Origin: Octopus sinensis | Taxonomy: Eukaryota | DNA: 64,000 bases | Direction: 5' to 3' | Assembly (NCBI RefSeq): GCF_006345805.1 | Contig: NC_043004.1 | Location: 68,200,001-68,264,000 of the forward strand | Program-made: the position numbers and the translations under genes | The notes under the pieces: model-generated | Databases searched by the model: none | What the model was told of the DNA's origin: nothing | What the model saw: only the letters and a program-made list of their open reading frames with translations | Shown: piece after piece, positions 27,790-41,529 of the stretch | How positions within the stretch are numbered: position 1 is the first letter of the stretch | How the letters are laid out: every line of letters begins with the position of its first letter

Positions 27790-28840
27790 GAAGTTTTTCA
27801 GTTTTATTTCAGGATTTCTTGCTAACAAAGAGTCGATTTCTAACCTAGATCCGAGGTTCCTTCTTTAGATTTTCAACATCAACAACGGGGCATTTTTGTA
27901 TGTATGTATGTATGTAGGTAGGTAGGTCGGTAGTTAGGTAGGTAGTTAGGTAGGCAGTTAGGTAGGTAGGTAGGTAGGTAGGTAGGTAGGTAGGTATGTA
28001 TGTATGTATGTAGGTAGGTAGGTAGGTAGGTATGTAGGTAGGTAGGTAGGTAGGTAGGTAGGTAGGTAGGTAGGTAGGTAGATAGGTAGGTAGGTGTGTA
28101 TATGTGCAGGTTTATGTTTGTTTTATGAACGTCTTCTCATGCATATATTTGCATGTAGACATGCTTGTATATACTTGAATGATAAACTTCTGGAAAGTCT
28201 TACAGATTTTTTCAGTTTTAGTGATGGCTTCGATCCGTAAACTTCGAATCTGATTTATCCTTCCTAGTTTTGAGAAGCTTAATTTCTCAAGATTGGTATT
28301 TAAGTGATGTGTTACATATCACAGTGCCCCATTAATTACAGGTATAAACCTGAAATTGTTATGTGGATAGAGTAACTGTAGATTTCTCAATGGTTCAGCA
28401 TAGGTATTCTCTTTTTCCCTGATCTTCAGTTGTACGTTAACATCCGCTGGGTAACTGATTTCCACAACTATACACAGCTCCTCTTCTCAGTCCTAAACCA
28501 TTTTATCAGGTCCATTGTGTTTATATTTTATTGAGGTTTTTACTGGGACACTCCATGATCACGTCCTTTTATTTTGGGTGGCTATGGCTTCCACCATACA
28601 GTGTTTTCTACTTCTTTGTGCTCGATATCATCTTACGACAATTTTGGACAAATGCTTATGATGTGGGGATATCTTCGTAGTTATCTCCACAAAGTCTGCA
28701 TCGATCGTCACATCTTCTTGCTTTTCCTGCAAATCCACCCCTTTCGCACATCAAGTATTTGATTGATATTTCCTGTCCCTTGATTGCAAACGGATACCCT
28801 TCCAAGTGCGAGTTAGAAATCTGGTTGTTACTCTACGACA
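27790..28840 (-). mobile_element. 3' part of a second RLE-type LINE family: CCHC knuckle, PD-(D/E)xK endonuclease and 3' UTR, ending in (CATA)n
   Basis: Minus-strand translation across frameshifts: SHLEGYPFAI..QEI, CRLCGDNYEDIPHIISICP, KHNGPDKMV*D*EEELCIVVEISYPADVNVQLKIREKENTYAE, FIPVINGAL, EKICKTFQKFII; the 3' UTR has an internal (CCTA)/(CATA) tract. Confidence 0.85.
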
Positions 28841-28871
28841 TGTATGTATATATGTATGCATTTATATACGT

Positions 28872-28950
<79 letters not shown>

Positions 28951-28957
28951 ATATTAT

Positions 28958-29170
28958 TTATTTAAAAGCAGCAGAAATATAACAAAAGCTGTTACTGAGA
29001 GTTTCACGTTCCCGTTCGTCGGACAGTTTTGTTAAAAAAACAACTGTCATTAGAATGGGAACATGAAACTCTGAGTAATATTTTGTTATATTTCTGCTGC
29101 TTTTAAATAAACCATATTACTCTAGCTCTGGTATTTGAGTACTCTTTTTTCCATTTATTTGCTTACACCA
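28958..29170. mobile_element. Fold-back element (~70-bp inverted arms 28958-29028 / 29042-29110, plus a short unique tail) abutting (TA)n; probably Penelope-like terminal sequence
   Basis: Arms are near-perfect reverse complements (ttatttaaaagcagcagaaatataacaaaa...ttttgttatatttctgctgcttttaaataa). Confidence 0.8.
28989..29026 (-). ncRNA. Putative type I hammerhead ribozyme (U4C core variant)
   Basis: Minus strand: stem I CUGU/ACAG; core CCGACGA; stem II ACG-GGAA-CGU; GAAA; stem III ACU-CUC-AGU; GUA cleavage triplet (cut 3' of 28993). Confidence 0.6.
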
Positions 29171-29354
29171 GTACATATATATATATATATAAACCGAAAA
29201 TTGTTGCTATTTCTCCACTGACTGAAAAAATTATGAACAGTCTTAATCGATTTTCGAAACTTAATGGGTTTCTACCAGAGTCATCTACATCATTCTGACA
29301 GTCTTCAGAGAAACAAACAACCAAACAAACGCAGCAGTTACTCTATGAAGGAGT

Positions 29355-29409
<55 letters not shown>

Positions 29410-31066
29410 CAATGTTTACTAATCGGTGCAGCTGGAACGTTTGTTAGTCTATGTAAGATGGTATATAAATTAAAGAATTAAAGGTAATGCTATGTAACTT
29501 CGTAGCAATCCTTATTATCGATATTGTTGATTATATATATATATATAAATTATTATTTCTAAAACTCTGAAGGAGAGACGTTCTACAACAGTACTCTAGA
29601 GTAAAGATTATTTGCCAACATAATGTGGCAGTCCTTATATTTTTGAACAAGGGAGTTTAGTGTCCCCACGCAGCTCTAAGGCAATATCTCTGTATCAATG
29701 GTTTCTGGTTTATTTTTCTTCATCAGCACAGAATAATTGCTCAGCTAGAGATTGTGACACTAAATTCTTGTCCGAAACATATTTTTTTTCAAAGTGACAT
29801 ACAGCTCCGAGCGACCTTCATTTTTCTCCGTGTAGAGGATCTGTGAGCAAATTATCCAAGACTCCCTTTTCCTAAATTGTAAGTGATGAACTGAGGGATA
29901 AGATTTAGTTGTCATTTTTAGTAGGTCAATCAACAATGTACAGACTCATTTGCGTCTATATGGTTCCACATGTTTGCTTGTTTGTGTGTGTGTATGTGTG
30001 TATGTGTGTGTGCGTATGTGTGTGTGTATGTGTGTATGTGTGTGTGCGTATGTGTGCTTGTAAGCGGATGTATGATTATTTGTGAAAATGGGTATATGTG
30101 TAAATATGACCAGGGGAGAGAAATACTGCGCTCGGAAAGAAACAGATACAAAAATAACCAAGTAAATAAACATGGACAAATATTTATATAAATATACACA
30201 TCAACAAAAATATGCTGAACGAAAGTTTTAATGTATAGGTTAGATTTAAACATCTATAAACACATCATTAAGGAGTTAATTGGGAGAAAACATGCGACGA
30301 ATAACTAGAGACTACAATAATAAAACTTCACCTAATTATACAGAATCTTAACACCTATGATTATTATATAAAATATCTTCAAGTGATTTGTGTTCCTGTT
30401 TTATTTGAGGCGAAAAAAACTTTGTATAGATATATCAAGGGATGATTACATAGGCTATAGTAAATATATGTAATTATTGGGGTCAATGCGAATTGTAAGA
30501 GACATTATGTGGTATGGATAAAAGTGATTTGCTAAGGAAAGAATTTTAACTATAAAAAAGAAACGTTATTCTCCATAAACATTCATTAAGTTGTCGCCGT
30601 TAGCTAATCTTGAAAGAATAGCAGGAAGGAATAGAAGGTAGAATCTGAACAAACGCCAGAACCTTGGTTCGGGTTTATAGATATATCATTTGGTTCTTGG
30701 TCCTTCATCTCCACCTCTATCTCGCTCTCTCTCACTCCTTCTCTCTTCTGTCTCTTTCTCCCCCTCTCGCTCTTTCTCTCTCTCTCTCCCTACATATTTT
30801 TTTATTGTTTATGTTATACTCGTTTCAGTCGTTGGACCCCTTGCAGAGTGAACATACTGAGCACCTCTTTGAAAGGTTAAGTCGGACGAATTAAGCACAG
30901 TGTTTACTAAATGTGCTATTTATTTCATCCGCTAAGTAACTGCTAACTTAAAGGGAACATATAGAAACCAATAACATACATATAAGAACATTCCTTTCTT
31001 AGTGGTAAGACCATAGGGGGTCGACTTCTAGCATATTGGATGTCCACTTAGTGGTCATCCCTCATA

Positions 31067-31122
<56 letters not shown>

Positions 31123-32167
31123 CACACACATATTTATATATACATATTATAATGTACACAACATACTGTTAGGCGCTACTATTAGTTGCATGCATTAGGA
31201 ATGTAGTCTACCTAAGGTTTATTAGTACACCAACAATATTTATGTTCTTCTTAAGAGAGTTCAAGCCGATCGTTAACAAAGGGACTAAACTTTTTCAGTT
31301 GATGGGGTTTCCTCTCTTTATAAATAAGTGGCTGCGTTGGTCTGTTGGTTGAGCTGTGAACGCATATATACAAGAGTGTGCATTAGATCACCTGAAGAAT
31401 CTCAGACAGAGAATCCGTTGAATGTCTGACCAATATTCATTTGCCACTGAAATAAAGGATTCGGGGAATCAGCGTAAGTTTCTTTTGCTTTCTTTTAGTA
31501 ATACATTGTATAATTTTTTTAGTGTAAGTTTGGTACCTAATCTAATGCAAATATAATGATAAATACAAATGACAATTTAAAGAACAATAGCTGTACGTTC
31601 CGCATGAATTTACCATAGATGTTCTCTTTTTCCTGGACGTTTGGTTCAAATCCAGTAGTAGGTACTTTTGCGAGTTGTAGGCACGCCAGCAGCTTTGAAT
31701 ATATACATGTATGTATGGCATGGAATGTGTAGAAATTTATGAAAAGAAAATGAATAGTTACCTGTTGTGCTGAAGTATAAGAAATGAAATGTGAGATAGC
31801 CACTAAACAGACGACGCTATAACAAATGGAAAGAGCAGACGAGATATCGGCTTTGCTATACAGAAGAAGAGCATATAACACAATATCATTTTGTTTGCAC
31901 GTTACTTATGGTCTTCAGATCTGTCATACTTGAAATGTGATTATCAAATACGATACATACACCATTCAAACATATAAAACCAAATACGTCTTTGCGAAGT
32001 TGTTCGTATGAAATACCATAAATCATTTTTAGTGTAGGCATATGAGATTATATATACACACACACATATTATTATATATATATGTACATACATATTCACA
32101 CACACACACACACACATACACACACACACACGCACACGCACACACACGCACACACACACACACACAC

Positions 32168-32201
<34 letters not shown>

Positions 32202-32394
32202 AGAATCGAGAATTGTATATCTTTAATTAAATTTTTCCAACAAATAAAATTGCAACATTTGTTTCTGTTGTCTGATAGTTCTCTGCATCTTGTCGATCTA
32301 TATTAAAGCAAGCATAATGCAAATTCCAGTCCACAGATTGACACTCTTACATAACATATTACAAGTCATTTCTTTTGTCCTCATGTTCTGACTC

Positions 32395-32855
32395 CAAATT
32401 CCGCCGAGGTCAACTTAGCCATTCATCGGTTCGGATTCGAAAACTAATACCATCTGAGCAATGGCGTCAATGCAATTAACTTACCTCAACATCCAAAAGT
32501 TGCTTATAATAGAAAGTATTATTTAAAAGGCGAGCTTGCAGAAATGTTAGCACGCCAGATGAAATGCATAGCAGTATTTCGTCTGCCGCTACGTTCTGAG
32601 TTCAAATTCTGCCGTGGTCGGCTATGCCTTTCATCCTTTCGGGGCCGATTAAATAAGTACCAGTTACGCACTGGAGTCGATATGATCGACTTAATCCCTT
32701 TGTCTGTCCTTGTTTGTCCTCTCTGTGTTTAGCCCCTTGTGGGTAGTAAAGAAATAGGCATTTCGGCTGCCTTCAGGTTCAATATCTGCTGAGGTCAAAT
32801 TTTGCCTTACATCCATTTGAGATCGATAAAATAAGTACCAGTACACTACTGGATG
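32395..32855 (+). mobile_element. Family A SINE cluster including a head-plus-extra-body concatemer
   Basis: Head at 32528; body ends gtagtaaagaaataggcatttcg and runs straight into another body. Confidence 0.8.
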
Positions 32856-32858
32856 TGG

Positions 32859-33143
32859 GAGCACATGACCTAGTGGTTAGAGCAGTGGACTCGCGGTCGA
32901 GGGATCGCGGATTCGAATCTCAGACCGAGCGATGTGTGTGTTTATGAGCGAAACACCAAAGCTCCACGCAGCTCCGGCAGAAGGTAATGGCGAACAACTA
33001 CTGACACTTTCGCCACAACTTTCTCTCACTCTTTCCCCCTGCGACGGACCGGCGTCCCGTCCAGGTGGGGAACCTATGCGCCAAGGAAACCGCGAAAACA
33101 TTCCCTTATGAACCAGGGATGGCTGGAGACAGAACAAACAAAC
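32859..33143 (+). mobile_element. SINE family C with tail type 1 (ends in an acaa repeat)
   Basis: tRNA-like head gacctagtggttagagcagtggactcgcggtcga...ggattcgaatctc; body cacaactttctctcactct; tail cctgcgacggaccggcgtcccgtccagg...gaacaaacaaac. Confidence 0.85.
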
Positions 33144-34679
33144 ACTACTGGATAGATGTATTCTAATTTCCTACCCCTGAAATTTCGGGGTGTGTTGGGC
33201 GTCAAATACGTCGTCTCTACTTCTCCGCTGCTGCTTTATTTATTACTTGTCGTTATTTGCTACTGATGTTTACGATCTGGGTTCAATTCCAACTAAGTTT
33301 ATCTTTCACTCTTCAAAAAGAGATGCCAATGTAACCAACTAAACGCTTCCCCTCAAAATCACCGGCTTTGTGTCCAAAGTCGAAAAGCGTATTACACTGA
33401 AAGACATGAATAATGGACCTTTACGAGATCGATTAATCTTCTAATAATCCTTAAATTGCGTAGAAGACAGAGGAGAATTCGACCTCAGTTGGCAACTGGT
33501 ACTTCATTTATCGAGTCCGAATAGAGGAAAGGCAAAGCCGACTTCAGCAGGGTTTGAACTTTCAACGTAATTGCGGACACAATACTTCTAAGCATTTTGT
33601 ACGGCCCGATAACGATTCTGCAAGCTCGTCGCTTTAGTCAAAATCCAAATTATAACAACCATACATTGCTCCAATAATTGAATACCGTCTTTAAGTTAGC
33701 ACACTTTGCATAATGTAGCCACAGTAACTTCCAAAGTGATGAGATGGTCATAGAGCTGTTTTCTTTTTTATCGTAAGTACCCGATCAGAGTAGATCTCGT
33801 ATTAAACATCGACCAAACGCAAGAATCGAATTTAGAACCTTCATCTCATGGAATGTATCCAAGTACTCAGGTACCCTATGGAAACCTATTCCATTCCAGC
33901 GCGCATTGCTGAATATTATATCTTAATCTAATTGCATTTATGCATTACTGCATCAGCTGCATTTGATAGTAGTATGCTGCAGAGCATCAAGTTATGTGGT
34001 AGGTGTGTGTGTGTGTGTGTGTGTGTGCGGCTGTTTAGGTTAAACTGTTTTGGCAATGGGTAGATCGCTTTATTAACAACGTGATACATATAAAACTATA
34101 GAGTCATAGGCCAGCAGACCAGCCAACGCGATACAGTACTGATTCAACCACTCTTCGACATTCTTCTAATTTGTCACTTGAATTCCATAAAGGAACAAGT
34201 TAATAATTATTATCTGAACATTTGGAATAATTGGTGACCTGTACATTGGATTAATGCCAAACTTTCCCTCTGTCTTTATTTAATTTGTTGAGAAGAACTA
34301 TATTATTGCCATGCATTTCTATTACCCATAAGATAACGTCCCTAAACTGACGGTTGCTGAAAATATAGGAGATAATTACGGAGTTTTGAGCTCGTTGGGA
34401 AATGACTTGTAGTGACTTATTTGATTGTACACATTGTGTTAATTGAATCATTGGCCGTAAATCTGTGGTTGTTAAACTGGCCAATAGTATTTAACTCTTT
34501 CAACAATGCATCATACAAATTTTCTATGAAAGGGGTGCAATACACTTCCTGGAAACCACCTCAGTATCTAAGATATTCTAATGACAAACGAACGACAGAT
34601 ACTATCAACTGAATGTATATGTAAATATTTATAATAATAATAATAATAATAATAACAATAATAATAATATCAAATCTTG

Positions 34680-36103
34680 CTAGAAGCGCAGCAATTTTGG
34701 GGGAAGGGATGAGTCGATTACATCGACCCCGAAAAGATGAAAGGTAAAGTCGACCTCAGTGGAAGAATTTGAACTTAGAAGGTACTAGCGGGCGATATAC
34801 CTATTTATTTACTACCTACAAGGGGAAACAAGGACAGACAAACGGATTAAATCGATTACATCGACCCCAGTACGTAACTGTTACTTAATTTATTGACCTC
34901 GAAAGCATGAAAGGCAAAGTCGATCTCAGTGGAATTTGAACTCACAACGTAACGACGAAATACCTATTTCTTTACTACCCACAAGGGGCTAAACACAGAC
35001 AGGACAAACAAGGACAGATAAACGGATTAAGTCGATTATATCGACTCCAGTGCGTAACTGGTACTTATTAAATCGACCCCGAAAGGATGAATGGCAAAGT
35101 CGACCTCGGCGGAATTTGTACTCAGAACGTAATGGCAGACAAAATACCTATTTCATTACTACCCAGAAGGGACAGACAAACGGATTAAGTCGATTATATC
35201 GACTCCAGTGCGTAACTGGTACTTATTTAATCGACCCCGAAAGGATGAAAAGCAAAGTTTGACCTCGGCGGAATTTGAACTCAGAGCGTAGCGGCAGACA
35301 AAATACCTATTTCTACCTATTTCTTTTCTACCCACAAGGGGCTACACACAGAGAGAACAAACAAGGACAGACAAACGGATTAAGTCGATTATATCGACCC
35401 CGAAATGATGAAAGACAAAATCGACCTCGGCGGAATTTGAACTCAGAACGTAACGGCAGACGAAAAACCGCAAATGATTTCGCCCGCCGTGCTAATGTTT
35501 CTTATCTCTTTATTGCCCACAAGGGGCTAAACCCAGAGAGGACAAACAAGGACAGAGAAAGGGATTAAGTCGATTACATCGACGTCAGTGCGTAACTGGT
35601 ACTTAATTTATCGACTCCGAAAGGATGAAAGGCAAAGATGACCTCGGCGCAATTTGAACTCAGAAAATGACAGCAGAGGAAATACCTATTTCTTTCTTAC
35701 TCACAAGGGGCTACACACAGAGGAGACAAACAAGGACAGGCAAAGTGATTAAGTCGATTAATACGACCCCAGTGCCTTACTGGTACTTAATTTATCGACC
35801 CCGAAAGGATAAAATTCAAAGTCGACCACGAAGGAATTTGAACTCAGAACGTAACGGCAGACGAAATACCTATTTCTTAACTACCCACAAGGGGCTAAAC
35901 ACAGAGAGGACAAACAAGGACAGACAAACAGATTAAGTCGATTATATCGACCCCAGTGCATAAGTAATACTTAATTTATCGACCCCGAAAGGATGAAAGG
36001 CAAAGTCGACCTCTGCGGAATTTGAACTCAGATTGTAGCGGCAGACGAAGTACCGCTCAGCATTTCGCCCAGCGCGCTAACGTTTCTGTCAGCTCGCCGC
36101 CTT
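34680..36103 (-). repeat. Concatemeric array of about 8 family A SINE bodies (~150-230-bp units), with heads only at ~35490 and ~36100
   Basis: Repeated tacctatttc junctions at ~34800, 34960, 35145, 35303, 35683 and 35867. Confidence 0.9.
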
Positions 36104-36805
36104 TTTATTATGATAATAATAAAGAAAATCTTATAGTAGTGTTTATTTTTATATATCACTTAACTATTCCTAAATATGCACAAATTATTAATATACTCAT
36201 ATTATCTATATTTATATAACTGAAATATACATAAATTAAGATATTCCTTTTATAAAGATCTCATCCATACAAGCTAACGGGTCCCAACGAAAACTCTAAT
36301 CAGCTAATCCAACCGAAGGGTATTTACAGCATCTTTAGACGCACTAGAAATAGAATCTGCATCTTTATATAATTACTACCTACATTCTTTAAAAAAGAAG
36401 GGCATTTAGTTTTTCCTTATGTCATTCATTGCGAAATAAAATTTCATGGTTATTTCAGTAATGATATTAAATATCTACCGAAAATTGAATTGGTATTTTC
36501 TAAAAGTCAGGTTGCCACGATAAACTTGACACATCTCACAAGAGAATACTTTAATATATGACATTCCTCAGTAAAAGATATATGAAGGTGTATGAAGCTG
36601 GTTTCTGCAATAAAAATTGTAATTTAGGCGAATGCCTTATAAAAGAAAACGTGATGAACATATCTACATGTCTTAGAACTCTGGTCAGTGAGATCAAATC
36701 TAAACTTGGGCAACGAAAGAAAATCCCAAAACTAATTAATAGTATCTTACTTTCTATTGTGTTATGTATTGCATACTGACGTCTGGATACTCGTAAGCCG
36801 AGGTA

Positions 36806-37352
<547 letters not shown>

Positions 37353-37699
37353 CTATGTTTAACAACACTTCGGAGGAGGGGTGTTAATTCTCAGAGAACA
37401 CTAATAGATATTTACAATTCTCGTAGATTAGAACAGATCAAAATAGACTGAGGCAGAATAATTTTGTAAGTCTAATTTGGACATGTTTGTGCAATACATC
37501 GCTTTTACTTATTAAAATAATAATATATAAAATATATCATATGTTCGTACGTTCCACTGTCAGATGTGAAATAGAAAATAAAAAACTAACAAAAAACTAG
37601 TCGAATCAAAAGCAGTCCAATTCAGACACCCAGCCACATACCCACCCGCGAACGTAAACTAATTTAAATATAATATTCTCAAACATGGCTATATATTTA

Positions 37700-38082
37700 A
37701 GAAGCTCGCTCGGCAGTTAGGTGGTTTCGGGTTCCGTACCACAGCGCGGCACCTTGCAAAATAATTATAAGCAATACCCCTAGGGGTATCCAATGCTTTG
37801 CGGGAGAATTTGGTAGGCAGAAAATGTGATGAATTCCGTTTCTCATATATACATACACACATATGTATGTATATATGTAGGCATGTATGTATGTATTATT
37901 CTTAAGCAAGAATATTATTCTAATCTACAAGAGTAGAGAGTAACCCATTAGATAAATGTAAAATTATGTTTATTAAGACTGATCATATAGACGGACATTT
38001 ATATATGTGTGTAAGTGTGTGTGTGTGTGTGTGTGTGTATCTGTGCACGTGCGTGTATATATGCGTGTGTCCACCCGCGTGC

Positions 38083-38119
<37 letters not shown>

Positions 38120-38335
38120 AGACTTTCTTTCATTCTGAGCTTGACTCACTCATTATTCGACACCCGATGTTAATTATTTAGGTCCAAGTGATTTAGCGGT
38201 TCAGCAAAAGAAACCGAAATAATATGTACCGAACTTCAAAATAAGTACTAATGTGAATATGTGTGACTAAACCCTTTAAGGCAGTACCCCAGTATGACCA
38301 GATTTCAATAACCGAATCAAGTAATAGATAGAAGG
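37700..38335 (+). mobile_element. Degenerate family B SINE
   Basis: Head-like gggttccgtaccacagcgcggcacctt and tail-like ttagcggttcagcaaaagaaaccga, separated by microsatellites. Confidence 0.5.
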
Positions 38336-38813
38336 AAAAACCGAAACTTAAACAGCAAATGCATGCTTTGAATCTGTTCCATAAATACATTGTAAGATGG
38401 TGTGTAAACGATTCCGCATTACCAACAAAAAAGAAAGGAAAAAAGTTAAAAAAGTAAAATTCGATATGCACTTAAAATGATAGCCAGCTAAATATATAAT
38501 CACTGATTGCTCCTTAGATCCTGTATATGAAACAAAATAGGCTACAATGAACCTCAGAGGGAAATGTTTCTATATTACATGCATATTTTAGATCTGGAAT
38601 CTTGCCCCACCCCTTAAAGGTAACTACAAGAAAATTTTGCGATGAAATTTGGAGAACAAATAACTTTGTTCGAAGTGTAACGTTGAAACCCAAAAGACTA
38701 ACGTATTTAAAAAGGTGCAACATTCTCAAATCGAAAAGCAGATATGAGACACGGAAATAGAACACTTGAAAGATAGAAAAGATAAGGTTAGCACAAATAG
38801 TGAGATTAATAAA

Positions 38814-38848
<35 letters not shown>

Positions 38849-39789
38849 TAATAATAAGAAGAAGAAGAAGAAGAAGAAGGAGAAGAAGAAAACTTACTGA
38901 GATCGACCTAACACGTGCAAAATAAAGTAAATTGAAAAATCCAAACAAATATCAAAGCTTGAAGATCTATAGAATAAATCTAAGTGAGAAAAAATGCAAA
39001 CAAAGTATGACAAAAAAAAAAAACGAGAAATACAAACATAAATTTCTAAATAGAGTAAAGAAAACTTATGAATACGACAATAATCTAAATATGGATGTAA
39101 CCAAGGATTAAAATCTATATAAGATCTCCCTGTGGACGAACGAACATACCTCTGAGGGATAAAGCTTACTGATAAAATAGTAACGTGAATAGAAAAAAAA
39201 AAAAAAAAACATTTCGTAAGGTAGTATCACAAATTCGATAAACGTGAATATAAATATGATGAGGATAACTCAACTAATATAGACAGCAGTTAGTGTATTG
39301 ATTTCAACTTTTGGCACAAGGCCAGCATTTTGGCGAGAGGGAATAAGTGGATTACATCAACCCGTGTTTCCCCACTGGTATCTAACTTATCGAACCCGAA
39401 AGCATGAAAAGCAAAGTTGACCTCTGAGCAATTTGAACCCAGAATATAAAGACGGACGAAAGGCAGGAATTATAGTATTGAAAATGACAATAACACTCAC
39501 ATATAAAGAAATGTTGAAATTTAAATGAATAACGTGAGAAAACAGCATATAGAAAGACAGAGAACAAACAAAAAAATTATCTCAAGAAAAACACCTTGGT
39601 TTCCCCTAGTGGACAGTTAATACTAGGATGGTAGCCATTTTGCTTTTCATTATATATGGCCGAAGTAGACACATTTGGTAAAAAATTGTCACAAAATACT
39701 ATAGAGATATTTCGGAAATAAAAAACAGGTAGCCTTGTCCGAAATGAAATGCCGTTGTGATAAAAAGTAATAAAGATCAATATAAAGAT

Positions 39790-39937
39790 ATATTTTTCCA
39801 ACACGTAAATACTGAACAGTATATATAAAGGATTTAGATGCTTTTAAGAGCAGAAAAATTTACCGGCAAATTTTCTGCTCTTAAAAGGATCTTATCCTTT
39901 ATATGTATTGTTCAGTATTTACGTGTTGGAAAAATAT
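39790..39937. repeat. Near-perfect 148-bp palindrome (fold-back, 6-nt loop accggc)
   Basis: atatttttccaacacgtaaatactgaaca...aagagcagaaaaattt mirrors aaattttctgctctt...tgttcagtatttacgtgttggaaaaatat. Confidence 0.9.
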
Positions 39938-40437
39938 TTTTGTCTACTTGTTCTACAATACATTTCAACGCTTCAAAATAAACTCATGTTTGTTTACATA
40001 TGACATAAAAAGAAAAATTTCAGCACCAACCCAAAGCGAATAACCAAGGACCAAATAAAAGAAAATAAAGCCCGACGGAAAGTCGAGCAAGGGATATTAA
40101 CTGTGGTAGAAACCCTCAAAGCTAATCAAAATGCGCAGACTCATAAACTGACGTCTTGCAACTTATTAAGCGATAGATGCAATGGTGATATGGAGAACGT
40201 CACATATGGTTAATAGTGTGTGTGCATAAAATCACAACAGACGCTTTCACTTCTCAGCTGACAGTAAGAATCAATTTAATTATTAATTACCAACTTCGCT
40301 TGTAGATGAGAAAGAACGCTCTAAAGATGTCATTACTTGAATACCCATATGTGGATCTTAGAAGAACCTACGAACAGATACCTTAAATATGTCACGAGTA
40401 AAAGACAAATAATTCTGCTGGTGAAGACATCCATGTA

Positions 40438-40652
40438 CGGGGGTTTCTGAAAAGTTCCTGGTTTTAAGGGTATCGCAAAAGCATTGTTAGAGACCCAAAC
40501 TTCCAAGTTCTTTTACAGGGCTTAAAAAAACAAAAGGGCTGCTGCAATACATGTGTGAATCTGCGTGGGGTATGCGTTGAATAAGATCATAATTAATTGA
40601 TCCTCCAGTATTTTCTTTTACCAAAAGCCAAGAACTTTTCAGTCCTCACTCG
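40438..40652 (+). mobile_element. Internally deleted mariner element (MITE) with TA target-site duplication
   Basis: ta|cgggggtttctgaaaagttcctggtttt ... aaagccaagaacttttcagtcctcactcg|ta; interior resembles the end of a mariner transposase gene (decayed CVNLRG..VE* motif). Confidence 0.8.
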
Positions 40653-40905
40653 TATATTACAGAAACTAACCCAAGGCGACACCTTCTCACACCTATCTTT
40701 CTTTCTGGCGTCAACATATTTAACAAACTTGTTAAAACGGGTTGGATTCAGAATTTCTGAGGGTCGTGAATTATATTTTATTCAAGTACCACCTGAGATT
40801 TACGTTATAGATCGTAAACAACTAGATATCTTTCATGTGTCAACAAAAAGATAATCTACATTGGTTTCCATAGTAAAAGCACTCAGTAAACAAGATTCAT
40901 ATAAA

Positions 40906-40981
<76 letters not shown>

Positions 40982-41212
40982 CTTGTCTGCTCTAGGGACG
41001 AGGCCCGAAATTTTGAGGGAGCGGGCCAGTCGATTAGATCGACCCCAGTACGTAACTGCTCCTTAATTTATCGACCTCCAAAGGATGAAAGGCAAAGTCA
41101 ACCGCGGTGGTATTTGAACTCAGAATATAGCGACGGGTGGAATATCGCTAAGCATTTTGTCCAGAGTGCTAGCAATTCTGCCAACAACAGCAACAACAAC
41201 AACAACACCAAC

Positions 41213-41310
<98 letters not shown>

Positions 41311-41529
41311 TGATGATGATGATGATTTCTTTATTAACCACAAGAGTTTACATGAAGAAAAACATTATGGGCAGCACAGGGCAAAATATAAAATGTGTGT
41401 GTAGTTGTGAAGGTCTTGCGTGTAAATAAGACTGATCTAATTTTAAGAAAGGGAGATCAATAATGTGTAATCCTCAATAGGGGGGCGGCGTTCGAGGGCT
41501 GGTAATGAAAGAGAACCCATAAAAACTAT

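Larger units (their letters stand above)
39305..41185 (-). mobile_element. Two separate family A SINEs (39305-39470, 40985-41185)
   Basis: Family A body motifs in reverse orientation. Confidence 0.75.

Noticed and set aside
34680-36103. Repeat-spacer appearance suggesting CRISPR or a retrozyme array
   Set aside because: Eukaryotic context, units are whole SINE bodies with no unique spacers or cas genes, and I found no hammerhead core in the unit on either strand.
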